DNA from: a virus
Lineage: Duplodnaviria > Caudoviricetes
IMG/VR virus record: IMGVR_UViG_3300021432_000013
Location: 1-50,940 of that record
DNA length: 50,940 bases
Strand: one strand, 5' to 3'
The translations under genes were made by a program, and so were the position numbers. Below the pieces are notes generated by a model. The model ran no database searches. It was not told the DNA's origin and saw only the letters and a program-made list of their open reading frames with translations. Positions 8,034-16,156 of the stretch are shown piece by piece; within the stretch, counting starts at the first letter, position 1, and every line of letters begins with the position of its first letter.

Positions 8034-8062
8034 TTGACATGTAATTCGTCTGCAACTATAGT
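8034..8062 (+). promoter_or_regulatory. Rightward sigma70 promoter
   Basis: TTGACA-N17-TATAGT. Confidence 0.8.
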
Positions 8063-8095
8063 TCAATCCAAGCAGTGAACACATGGAAGAACAAA

Positions 8096-8302
8096 ATGGA
8101 TACGGAACTGAAATTCTCCAAGCAGTCTTTAATAGATACTGAAGCGAAAATAGGTCGTAAGCACTATGCATGGATTGCAAAGAAGCCATACGGATACTTT
8201 GTTACAGTAAGAGGATTGTTCAAGGACACGGTTTTTGCGGCGGGAAGCATGAAAGAAGCAAAAGATTTTGTAAGAACATGTGCAGAAATTGATTTGGCTT
8301 AA
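8096..8302 (+). CDS. Hypothetical early protein
   Basis: First ORF after the rightward promoter; ATG at 8096. Confidence 0.55.
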   Translation: MDTELKFSKQSLIDTEAKIGRKHYAWIAKKPYGYFVTVRGLFKDTVFAAGSMKEAKDFVRTCAEIDLA

Positions 8303-8325
8303 CTCAAACAACTACGGAGAACGAA

Positions 8326-8475
8326 ATGAAAGCATTCGGAGTTCATCGCTACTTGTATGTACCGGAATGGTCTGGCGCTTTTGGCGCTGGCTACATGGAC
8401 ATGTGGAATTTCGGGCCGCTCAATAAAGGTGGAATTCGTCGCGTTGTTCTTTGGGATCAAATATGCATCCAATGA
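8326..8475 (+). CDS. Small hypothetical protein (49 aa)
   Basis: GGAG RBS; MKAFGVHRYLYVPEW...; TGA overlaps the next ATG. Confidence 0.5.
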   Translation: MKAFGVHRYLYVPEWSGAFGAGYMDMWNFGPLNKGGIRRVVLWDQICIQ

Positions 8476-8651
8476 ACTACAAGACCGAGGAACTGGTACA
8501 CGGAAAGGTCGAGACTATTTTCCATCCAAATATCAAGGAAGCGAAGGAATGGCAGCATTCCGGTATCGACGTTAAGCTGCTGCGGAAAGATGGCGAAGGA
8601 TGGATCGAATCTGGATCGGTTGAATTGAAATTGATGGAATTGAAGCAGTAA
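8472..8651 (+). CDS. Hypothetical protein
   Basis: MNYKTEELVHG..., coupled to the upstream ORF. Confidence 0.5.
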   Translation: MNYKTEELVHGKVETIFHPNIKEAKEWQHSGIDVKLLRKDGEGWIESGSVELKLMELKQ

Positions 8652-8657
8652 AGATGC

Positions 8658-9053
8658 ACCGTAATGCGCCTTGGTGCGGCCGCCTGATCGACGTAATCGA
8701 TCAACCAATAATCAGGGAGTCCGACCGCACGGAGAATGCGGCGATCTGGTGGGAAGCCAGAGTCAACAAAGTAAGGGATTTCCAGTGAGTCTGGATGTCG
8801 TGGATGGCGTATTCAAGGGTTGATACTGACACCTTGATGTATCGGTGAGAGACCGTTGTGGCGACTGTGCCAGCATAAGCCCTATCTGATAGGCATCAGC
8901 CATTGCCGAGCGTATAGATGGATTAACGCCCATCCCCTTACTTTGTTGGCAACCACATGATCGGAATTGGACGGCTAGAACCCGCTCCCGAATTGTCCTA
9001 GCGAAGTCGAGCTAGCATCATCGTACAAAAATGAAGATAGCCTGGTTGCCAAC
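8658..9053 (+). ncRNA. Candidate large structured non-coding RNA
   Basis: About 400 nt with no good ORF; 16-bp stem 8762-8777/8935-8950, 11-bp stem 8945-8955/9043-9053, and many short hairpins. Confidence 0.5.
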
Positions 9054-9067
9054 TTCAAACAAAAGGA

Positions 9068-9484
9068 ATGAAAATGTTATTTTACATTGTGGGAACTGAA
9101 AAAAATCTCTCCGCCGAGCAGGCGATAGAGAAATATTGGGGTGGCGAAATAACTTCATCTTCCCATCCAAAATATGGTTATGGATGTGATGCTCTTCCTT
9201 TCGGATGGAAAGAGATATCTCATGAGGAATTTGCTAAATCTATTTTCTTCTGGTATAGCCCATTCGCTACTGCATGGTCAAGGACAGCCATCGGCGATGT
9301 GCGTATGTTCTTCATGCCGCAAGATTGCGGATTCGCCTTAATTGGCGAGTCTCACGGCGGCAAATTAAGCATCTTCAAATTTGGCTGTCAGCACGAATCA
9401 ATAGAAGAAAACGTCGGTCGCTGTCTCACGAAATACACATGCAAGAAATGCGGATTCGTTGAGACTGTCGATTCATCGGATTGA
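9068..9484 (+). CDS. Hypothetical protein with C-terminal Zn-ribbon
   Basis: GCQH...RC...YTCKKCG...DSSD. Confidence 0.65.
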   Translation: MKMLFYIVGTEKNLSAEQAIEKYWGGEITSSSHPKYGYGCDALPFGWKEISHEEFAKSIFFWYSPFATAWSRTAIGDVRMFFMPQDCGFALIGESHGGKLSIFKFGCQHESIEENVGRCLTKYTCKKCGFVETVDSSD

Positions 9485-9501
9485 CTTCAATTATCAACTA
9501 A

Positions 9502-9702
9502 ATGGGAAACAAGATGGAGCTCACAAAAGAAGAATGGTTAGAAAGATGTAAGGTTGAATTGCTTCGCCTAGCGCCTGATTTCGATGATGTCTTGGCGACA
9601 GACTTGGCAGACGTTATCTACGAAAACGAACAAGAATCTTGCATGCCATCGGACACGCCAGAAGAAGCGGCTTTATGCGAACTTGATGCGTGGGGAGATT
9701 AA
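9502..9702 (+). CDS. Acidic hypothetical protein
   Basis: ORF ending in TPEEAALCELDAWGD. Confidence 0.55.
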   Translation: MGNKMELTKEEWLERCKVELLRLAPDFDDVLATDLADVIYENEQESCMPSDTPEEAALCELDAWGD

Positions 9703-9798
9703 ATGAAACGCTTTTTCTCCCTCCTGAATAACAATCCCGATATAGCTCTCATCATCTTGGGCATTTTAATTTTGATTGTTGGAGTTTTCTATGAGTGA
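9703..9798 (+). CDS. Small membrane protein (31 aa)
   Basis: MKRFFSLLNNNPDIALIILGILILIVGVFYE; GGAG RBS; fills the gap between neighbours. Confidence 0.45.
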   Translation: MKRFFSLLNNNPDIALIILGILILIVGVFYE

Positions 9799-10153
9799 TT
9801 GGATTAGCGTTGATGTGGAATTGCCTGAGCCAGGTGTCGAGGTATTAATCAATGGCAGTGAAGGCGTGGAGATTGCATCATATAGTGCTGGCGAAGGTGA
9901 TCAGGTTGATCAGCCAGGACATGATCCCGGATTCATCGGATATAAATATGCAATGCCTGGGCGCTCATGGGGCACAGTATCATGCATGCAATTCCCTCAA
10001 GGTCAGCCTACACACTGGATGCCTTTACCTGATGCGCCAGAAATTGAAGATGACTCAGATACTTATAGCTGCCTTGCATGTCTGGATACTGGCGAAGGCA
10101 TCGCGCCAGATTCTCGCTGCCCGCATTGCCCGAAGAAAGGAAGCCATGACTGA
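9791..10153 (+). CDS. DUF551-family protein with C-terminal Cys cluster
   Basis: MSDWISVDVELP...PTHWMPLPDAP signature; CLAC...CPHC tail. Confidence 0.75.
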   Translation: MSDWISVDVELPEPGVEVLINGSEGVEIASYSAGEGDQVDQPGHDPGFIGYKYAMPGRSWGTVSCMQFPQGQPTHWMPLPDAPEIEDDSDTYSCLACLDTGEGIAPDSRCPHCPKKGSHD

Positions 10154-10388
10154 ATCTCAGATACGCGAAGCGCATGCGATCATCATCGCTCGCGAACAAG
10201 CCTGGATAAAAACAATCAACAATTGGGAGCCATCATGTTCAAAACAATTCGTAAATGGTACTACCGTAATGCAATCAATGGCATGTGCGAGCAGCTACTT
10301 ACCGCTCGTGACTCGCTGCACATCGAACTCATCAAGGCCGATATCAGAATGTTCCGGGCCAAGCTGAATAAGCTGTTGTAAATGTTGG

Positions 10389-10523
10389 CAGGATGCATTA
10401 TCCTGATTGCTGGATTCGTTGCGGACACATCGGATTTGAAAACCGTTATACGTGTAACCCTAGCCGTTAAATCGGCACTGTGTCCGCAGTGGGTTGCACC
10501 TATAACGGTTTTTTCGTTTCAGC
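10389..10523 (+). ncRNA. Candidate pseudoknotted or switching leader RNA upstream of the recombinase
   Basis: Crossing helices 10420-10429/10479-10488 and 10439-10460/10491-10512. Confidence 0.5.
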
Positions 10524-10548
10524 GTCGAATAATAAAATTGAGGGAATC

Positions 10549-11307
10549 ATGGAAAACGATTTAGTCACAATTGATGTGCAACGCTATGACATAGCACAAG
10601 CTCCATCGTCAGATTCAAGCGCCGTGATGCGCATGATCGACAAGGCCATGTCAACGCCAGAGTTTGACGTAGATAAGCTAATGAAACTGATGGACATGAA
10701 AGAGCGCTTTGACGCTGCTGAAGCCAAAAAAGCCTATGTTGCGGCAATGGCCGAATTTAAGCGTAATCCGCCTGAGATTTTCAAGACTAAGCAGGTCGGA
10801 TACACGAACAAGGACGGCACGTTCACCGGCTACAAACATGCCACGTTAGGCGATGTCACCACGGCGATTATCAAAGGCTTGGCCGACAATGGATTTAGCC
10901 ACCGCTGGGATACTGAGCAGCGCGACAATGCGCAGATTTATGTAACATGTGTTCTCACCCATAAACTCGGACACAGCGAAAGCACGACGCTGAATTCAAG
11001 TCGCGATGATTCGGGAAAGAAGAACAACATTCAGCAGATGGCATCGGCAATCAATTATTTGCAACGTTATACGCTTCTGGCGGCGACCGGCCTTGCCACG
11101 CAGGATGCTCAAGATGACGATGATGGCATCGGCACAGAATCACCAGAACCTACCAAGGCGCTGCCAATCATCAGCGGTAAGGCATTCGACAAGGCCATTG
11201 CTAGCGTCAAGGCTGGCACGTACTCGGCGGCCGAAATCAGGAAGTATTACGACCTTACGCCAGATCAGCAAATCGTGTTGGATGACACACAGAAAGGCTT
11301 GAAATGA
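10549..11307 (+). CDS. ERF-family single-strand annealing protein
   Basis: YKHATL.D......L..NG......VTC.L.H..GH...QQMASAINYLQRYTLLAATG...DDDG; GAGGGA RBS before the ATG at 10549. Confidence 0.85.
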   Translation: MENDLVTIDVQRYDIAQAPSSDSSAVMRMIDKAMSTPEFDVDKLMKLMDMKERFDAAEAKKAYVAAMAEFKRNPPEIFKTKQVGYTNKDGTFTGYKHATLGDVTTAIIKGLADNGFSHRWDTEQRDNAQIYVTCVLTHKLGHSESTTLNSSRDDSGKKNNIQQMASAINYLQRYTLLAATGLATQDAQDDDDGIGTESPEPTKALPIISGKAFDKAIASVKAGTYSAAEIRKYYDLTPDQQIVLDDTQKGLK

Positions 11308-11945
11308 TCCGCATACGTGCAAGTGGTATCGCTGAGTTAATGGCAGAGGGTAAGAGCGCTGATGGTCTTTCAGTTGGCGCTAAGACTGCTCTGAACGGCA
11401 TGGCAAAGGAATTTGTGTATGGCTTCAATGAGGTCATCAACACCAAATATTTCAATAAGGGCTTGCAGTGCGAAGATGATGCAATCGAGCTTTATAACAA
11501 CGTGTTTTTCACGAACTACAGCAAGAACGCAGAGCGTAAAAACACGGATATCTTGACGGGTGAATGCGACATTATCATCCCTGACAAGAAGATCATCGAT
11601 ATCAAATGCGCATGGTCGCTGCCGACGTTTCCCGCTACAGTTGATGAAGTAATGGCGACGGTAAAAAAGGCCGGTTACGACTATCAAGGCCGGGTCTATA
11701 TGCACCTGTGGGACGTTGACGAATTCGAGGTGGCTTACTGCATGGTGACGACCCCTGAAGACTTGCGCAGATACGAGCAGATTGAATTGCATGAAGTTGA
11801 CCATATTGATCCTGCTTTGCGCGTTACTCGCGTCACTATCAAGCGTGACAAGGCCATCGAAGAAAAGATGTTGGCTAAAGTTTTGGTAGCACGTGAGTAT
11901 CTAGCAAACCAAGTTGCATTAATCAATCTTGAACATAGGGGATAA
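11304..11945 (+). CDS. YqaJ/lambda-exonuclease-like nuclease
   Basis: IRAS...KG...EDDAI.LY...GECD...IIDIKC.W...Y..Q...YM.L; adjacent to ERF. Confidence 0.8.
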   Translation: MIRIRASGIAELMAEGKSADGLSVGAKTALNGMAKEFVYGFNEVINTKYFNKGLQCEDDAIELYNNVFFTNYSKNAERKNTDILTGECDIIIPDKKIIDIKCAWSLPTFPATVDEVMATVKKAGYDYQGRVYMHLWDVDEFEVAYCMVTTPEDLRRYEQIELHEVDHIDPALRVTRVTIKRDKAIEEKMLAKVLVAREYLANQVALINLEHRG

Positions 11946-11947
11946 CA

Positions 11948-13107
11948 TGACACACGAACTTTCATTGCCAGAACGCGCCGCGGTTGCACTCGGCACAGCA
12001 ACGCACGAAAAAGAACTAATCGCACTGGCTAAACAATCCACGGATATCATCACCGTCTCAAATGCAGCAGGACGCGACCAGGCGCACCGCGTTGGCATGA
12101 CACTGCGTACTGCCCGCGTCAATATCACCAAGGCCGGAAAAGAGGCTAGAGACGACGCTACGGCGTTTTCGAAGGCTGTAATAGCCGAAGAAAAGAGATT
12201 GATTGGCATTGTCGAGCCAGAGGAAGCACGCATCATTGGCCTGCGCGATGCATTTGATGCCGAAGAACAGGCGCGAAAAGATGCGCTGATAGCGGCTGAA
12301 CGGGTGCGGGTTGATGGCATTCAGTCTGAGATTAACAATATCCGAAATATCGCTTTGGATGCAGTTGGCAAGCCATCTGCCGGAATCAAAGCAATGATTA
12401 AAATTCTTGGTGATTTTGTCGTTACCGAAGATAAGTTTGCGGAGTTCGTCAAAGATGCCAGTGATGCAGTATTTGTAACATTGAAAGAGCTTAACGGCTT
12501 GTATGTAGCGACATTTGCATCCGAGGCTGAAATTCTGCGCCAACAGCAAGAGCGCGAAGCCACCGAGGCCCAAGCCAAGAAAGACCGCGAGGAACTAGCG
12601 CAACAACAGGCGCAACTGAAACGCGATCGAGAGGCGGCAGCGGCTGAGTTGCAAAAGCAGCGTGACCAGATCGAGGCCGAGCGCGTTGAAGCTGCACGCG
12701 TCGCGAAGGTTGAAGCCGATCGTGTGGCACGCATCCGGCAAATGGAAGATGACAAGCGTGCTTTTGACCTCAAACAAGCCCAGGATCTGCTCGCGAAAGA
12801 AAACGAAGATTTGCGCCAGCAACGGGCTGCATTGGAAGCAGAGCAAGCGCTATTGATTGCGGCTAGCGCACCGAAGCAGGAAGAGGTATTTGAAGTGCCA
12901 TACTTCGAGGAACAACCTGACGGCACGATAAACGAGGTTGATCCTGCGGATATAGGGATTGCTGCGATTGAGCGTCCAAGCCCCGATGAGATAGTGAAAA
13001 TTCCTCGCAATGAAATCATTCAGGTATTGATGGAGCATTTCGACGAATCGGCAGAAGTGGTTATTCACTGGATTCGCAATATTGATATCGATTTTAGCGA
13101 GGATTGA
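11948..13107 (+). CDS. Coiled-coil phage protein
   Basis: Long Ala/Glu/Gln/Arg heptad-rich helix; GGGGA RBS before MTHELS. Confidence 0.7.
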
Positions 13108-13298
13108 TTGTGAAGATAATCAGAAAAGGTGTTATTCCATCCGAAAAAGAGCATGAATGCATGTGTTCTAAATGCAAGTCTATTTTTACGTTCACCGAGC
13201 GCGAAGCACAACTCCGTTCAGATCAACGTGACGGCGATTTTTTCGAGTTAAATTGTCCTGTATGCGGCAATAAAATCTACAAGGATGCGAGAACATGA
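13104..13298 (+). CDS. Small Zn-ribbon protein
   Basis: CSKC...CPVC. Confidence 0.6.
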   Translation: MIVKIIRKGVIPSEKEHECMCSKCKSIFTFTEREAQLRSDQRDGDFFELNCPVCGNKIYKDART

Positions 13299-13582
13299 AT
13301 TCACTTACAGATGAAGACAAGGTAACGCTATCCTACGCCAAGGGGCAGAAGTCGAATGCGCTGATGCGGGATATGGTGGAGTTGGTGGAGAGGCTGGAAG
13401 CGAAGAAGATTGAATGGCCTATCGCTAAGCTGGATCAAGTTGCCGGAGGGTGGGAGTTGGAATACTCATTCTTAGCCAAAGTTGCAGATCATGCAAATCG
13501 CGATTCGGATTTTCAAATCAGCATGGAAGATGCGGAGCAAGTTCTAATAGCCGCAAGACAAATAACTAATTCGGAGGAATGA
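13295..13582 (+). CDS. Hypothetical protein
   Basis: ATGA-coupled ORF in the operon. Confidence 0.55.
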   Translation: MNSLTDEDKVTLSYAKGQKSNALMRDMVELVERLEAKKIEWPIAKLDQVAGGWELEYSFLAKVADHANRDSDFQISMEDAEQVLIAARQITNSEE

Positions 13583-14074
13583 ATGGATATTGATATTGAA
13601 GCAGAGCGGAAGATGTTTGATGAGTGGTATGCCAATCAATGGCCTTTATGTGTGAGAGCAATAGTTGAAAATCGCGCTTCTGATGATATTAAAGAACATT
13701 ACAATATGGCTTTAGAAGTATGGCAGGCACGCGCCGCACTGGCCGCGCCGCAGCAGGAGCTGGTAGTGCCAGTTTTCACTGAGCACGACCTTGGAATAAT
13801 CAGAGACATCGAAGTGATGGCCTCTGACAAGACTAACGGCTTCTGGTCGCAAGCGCTTGCAAATGCTGCGCTGCGTCTGATTCATCGGAAATCGCCGCCG
13901 CCAGCAGCTCCGGTGCTGAGTGATGAGAGAATATTAGAGATAATGAAGGCAGCGCTTAAATATGAACCAGCTAATCAATTCTATACTTACATTGATGAAC
14001 CATCTTGGAGTGGTCTTGAACAAGACTTGCTTAACGCTGGCCGCGCCCTCATCGCTAAGGTAGCAAAACTATGA
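13583..14074 (+). CDS. Hypothetical protein (mosaic lambdoid early type)
   Basis: GGAGG RBS; ERKMFDEW...WQARAALA and LSDERI...GRALI modules. Confidence 0.65.
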   Translation: MDIDIEAERKMFDEWYANQWPLCVRAIVENRASDDIKEHYNMALEVWQARAALAAPQQELVVPVFTEHDLGIIRDIEVMASDKTNGFWSQALANAALRLIHRKSPPPAAPVLSDERILEIMKAALKYEPANQFYTYIDEPSWSGLEQDLLNAGRALIAKVAKL

Positions 14075-14202
14075 TCCATGACTATTATTTGATGCAATGG
14101 AGAGCGCAATGAATTTTTCCGAGAAGATATGCAGCAGCCTTTTGACCATCCTACTATGGGAATGCGTACAATATGTTTTACGTCACATGCACTGGATCTA
14201 AT

Positions 14203-14407
14203 CATGACCGCCCAAATCCTAGAAGCACTTGAGATCGGACTTGATGCTGCTAGAGATGTGGCAATGCAATATCATTTAGCATACAAAGGGTATCGCCCAG
14301 AGGGACATCAAGCAGTTGATGACGATGTGCGCAAGATCGAGGCGGCTATTGCGCTTTATAAATCGCAAAAATCAGCAGCTAAGGCGCCATCCCATTCTCA
14401 CGAATGA
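14203..14407 (+). CDS. Hypothetical protein, last gene of the rightward operon (start approximate)
   Basis: MTAQILEALEIGL...; 3' end overlaps the convergent spanin gene. Confidence 0.45.
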
Positions 14408-14876
14408 ATGCTTGAGCTGCACGCCCTGTTGCCGCCGCTTTCTCAGTCTCCAAAATCAGCGACTTAACAGCTGCGTCCACTTCTGGAGGAAGTAGCCGGC
14501 CGGAGGAATCGACTCCATTGCCGCCGGTGGTGCTATTGGTATTGGTTTGTCCGGCAATGCTATGACAGAAGGAGGGGCCGACGCGCAGGCGCTTAGACTG
14601 AGTAAGAACAGTATTAAGTAGGTCGATTTCATGATCATGTGCCTTTTGAATATTATTGCTAGTCCCAATTTGGACGGTTTTCAGAAGCGTATTATCTTCA
14701 ACGCGCTTGTCGATCGCTTCCTTATTCTTGACGGCCTGCGCGACGTTAAATGCATTCCAGCGCGCTTGTACTACATGCTGGCCATGTAGGTCGCATCCAT
14801 ACGCGGCACCAGCGATAATCAGCAGATACCAGCACCAGCTCGGTACAATCTTGAAGATGCCGAGAATGGCGATCAT
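14379..14876 (-). CDS. i-spanin (Rz-like)
   Basis: N-terminal TM, coiled-coil periplasmic part, RLRV motif, AAQAFIR C-terminus; last gene of the lysis cassette. Confidence 0.75.
   Translation of the reverse strand: MIAILGIFKIVPSWCWYLLIIAGAAYGCDLHGQHVVQARWNAFNVAQAVKNKEAIDKRVEDNTLLKTVQIGTSNNIQKAHDHEIDLLNTVLTQSKRLRVGPSFCHSIAGQTNTNSTTGGNGVDSSGRLLPPEVDAAVKSLILETEKAAATGRAAQAFIRENGMAP
14456..14638 (-). CDS. o-spanin lipoprotein (Rz1-like) embedded in the i-spanin gene
   Basis: MKSTYLILFLLSLSAC lipobox followed by a Pro-rich mature part, in a different frame. Confidence 0.75.
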   Translation of the reverse strand: MIMKSTYLILFLLSLSACASAPPSVIALPDKPIPIAPPAAMESIPPAGYFLQKWTQLLSR

Positions 14877-15067
14877 GGCTTAGGATCCGGAAAGACCATC
14901 TTGATTGCAGCCGAGATAATGCCACCTAGACCGGCCGCCTGCCCCCAGTCCATCCCAGCGCCTAGCTTACAACCTGTCAGCGCTACGATAAAACCAATTC
15001 CTTGCCAGGTACTAGGCTCTTTCAGCCGGTCAGCAGAATATGTTAAAAAGTCGCGTAATTTTTCCAT
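14873..15067 (-). CDS. Holin-like small membrane protein
   Basis: RLKEPSTWQG motif plus two hydrophobic segments; lies between endolysin and spanins. Confidence 0.65.
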   Translation of the reverse strand: MEKLRDFLTYSADRLKEPSTWQGIGFIVALTGCKLGAGMDWGQAAGLGGIISAAIKMVFPDPKP

Positions 15068-15588
15068 TATTGAACTCCTAAAACTTGCTTCGCCACTGCA
15101 TACAATGCCTGCCGATCAGCAAGCCCGTTTGTACCACCATTGATTCGTTTTGTGATAGTTAGGAAATCGCCAGCATCAGCTAATGCATTTAGCCCATGTT
15201 GTGACCAGAACCACGCGGCCGAACGACACGCATTCTCTGGCTGTTCGACTACTTCTGGATGTTCGATACAATTGATATTCAGGGCCATCATCAGCGCGAT
15301 ATAGTTGCTGCGGCCGGTGATCTGAATCAAGCCACGACCCTTGTATTTGACGCCATCGCCTGATTGAGTATTGCCAAGATCAGCGCGCCATTCATAGGCC
15401 GCACCAGATGCCAACTCGCGCACATAGAGCAACTGTTCAGACTCATGCCCCACTTGCGCTAGAAACGCCGCCTGACGCATTGGCGTGTTGATCTCGAATT
15501 CATCCATGCAACTATTTAGTGGATCGATAAAGACGGCAGCGCGCAGTTTCGCATTCGGCATGATCTGGCGTAATTGGTCGAGCATCAT
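15067..15588 (-). CDS. Endolysin, glycoside hydrolase family 19
   Basis: AAFLAQVGHES, YKGRGLIQITGRSNY, SAAWFW, TKRINGG.NGL.DR. Confidence 0.92.
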   Translation of the reverse strand: MMLDQLRQIMPNAKLRAAVFIDPLNSCMDEFEINTPMRQAAFLAQVGHESEQLLYVRELASGAAYEWRADLGNTQSGDGVKYKGRGLIQITGRSNYIALMMALNINCIEHPEVVEQPENACRSAAWFWSQHGLNALADAGDFLTITKRINGGTNGLADRQALYAVAKQVLGVQ

Positions 15589-15839
15589 TTCGGCCCCCAA
15601 TAATGGCCAATTCCCCACAGTGCGGCGATAGCGGCCGCTACCTTGCCGATCCACACAAGTAATGCCCCAAATCTCCGCATCCATTTAAAGAATACGCCGG
15701 CATCGCCCCACATCTCCAACAGGTCTGAGGTCGATTCAACAAGCATCTTGGTTATTCGCGTATTTTCTGCTAGTTCTTTTTCAATGGCAGAAAATCGTAA
15801 TAAATTCGCCGCATGATTTTCAGACTCTGAATTTTCCAT
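15585..15839 (-). CDS. Membrane protein of the lysis cassette (holin/antiholin-like)
   Basis: Coiled N-terminus, C-terminal TM; coupled to the endolysin. Confidence 0.55.
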   Translation of the reverse strand: MENSESENHAANLLRFSAIEKELAENTRITKMLVESTSDLLEMWGDAGVFFKWMRRFGALLVWIGKVAAAIAALWGIGHYWGPK

Positions 15840-16148
15840 TTAATCCCCTTTAGCTGCATTCAAGCAGTGGTTAGGCCCGAAAATTGAATCAATGAATGGT
15901 GCTGCGATCTTGCCCCATCGCTTGCCCGCTATTAATGCCAATCCAGTACGCTTGCTGATTGTTTCTCGCGCATCGCCTCCGAGCAGGCTATTGCCGCACT
16001 CGTCCAGAGCAACAGCCATGCTCTGAGCGCGTGTAGTCGATCCCCACAGCGCCTGTAATAGCATCGCGATAATCAGAATCGGCACGACGATTGCGCACAA
16101 TAACCAGATGAAAAACAGGCGTAGGCGGATTGGCATTAGGAGCATCAT
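15840..16148 (-). CDS. Conserved phage membrane protein
   Basis: N-terminal TM; D..GN.LLGGD..ETIS.R...ID.IF..NHC motif. Confidence 0.6.
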   Translation of the reverse strand: MMLLMPIRLRLFFIWLLCAIVVPILIIAMLLQALWGSTTRAQSMAVALDECGNSLLGGDARETISKRTGLALIAGKRWGKIAAPFIDSIFGPNHCLNAAKGD

Positions 16149-16156
16149 GGCAGTCC

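Noticed and set aside
8762-8950. Retron msr/msd or tRNA
   Set aside because: No reverse transcriptase is recognisable in the genome, and there is no cloverleaf with a T-loop consensus; kept only as an unassigned structured RNA.
10420-10512. HDV-like, pistol or twister ribozyme assignment
   Set aside because: The topology is superficially HDV-like, but there is no P4 or J4/2 segment, and I could not match conserved catalytic residues of these classes.
12321-13019. Long antisense ORFs (for example 12321-13019, 19888-20478, 37162-37605)
   Set aside because: These are shadow frames of Ala-rich or coiled-coil genes, without an RBS or recognisable motifs.
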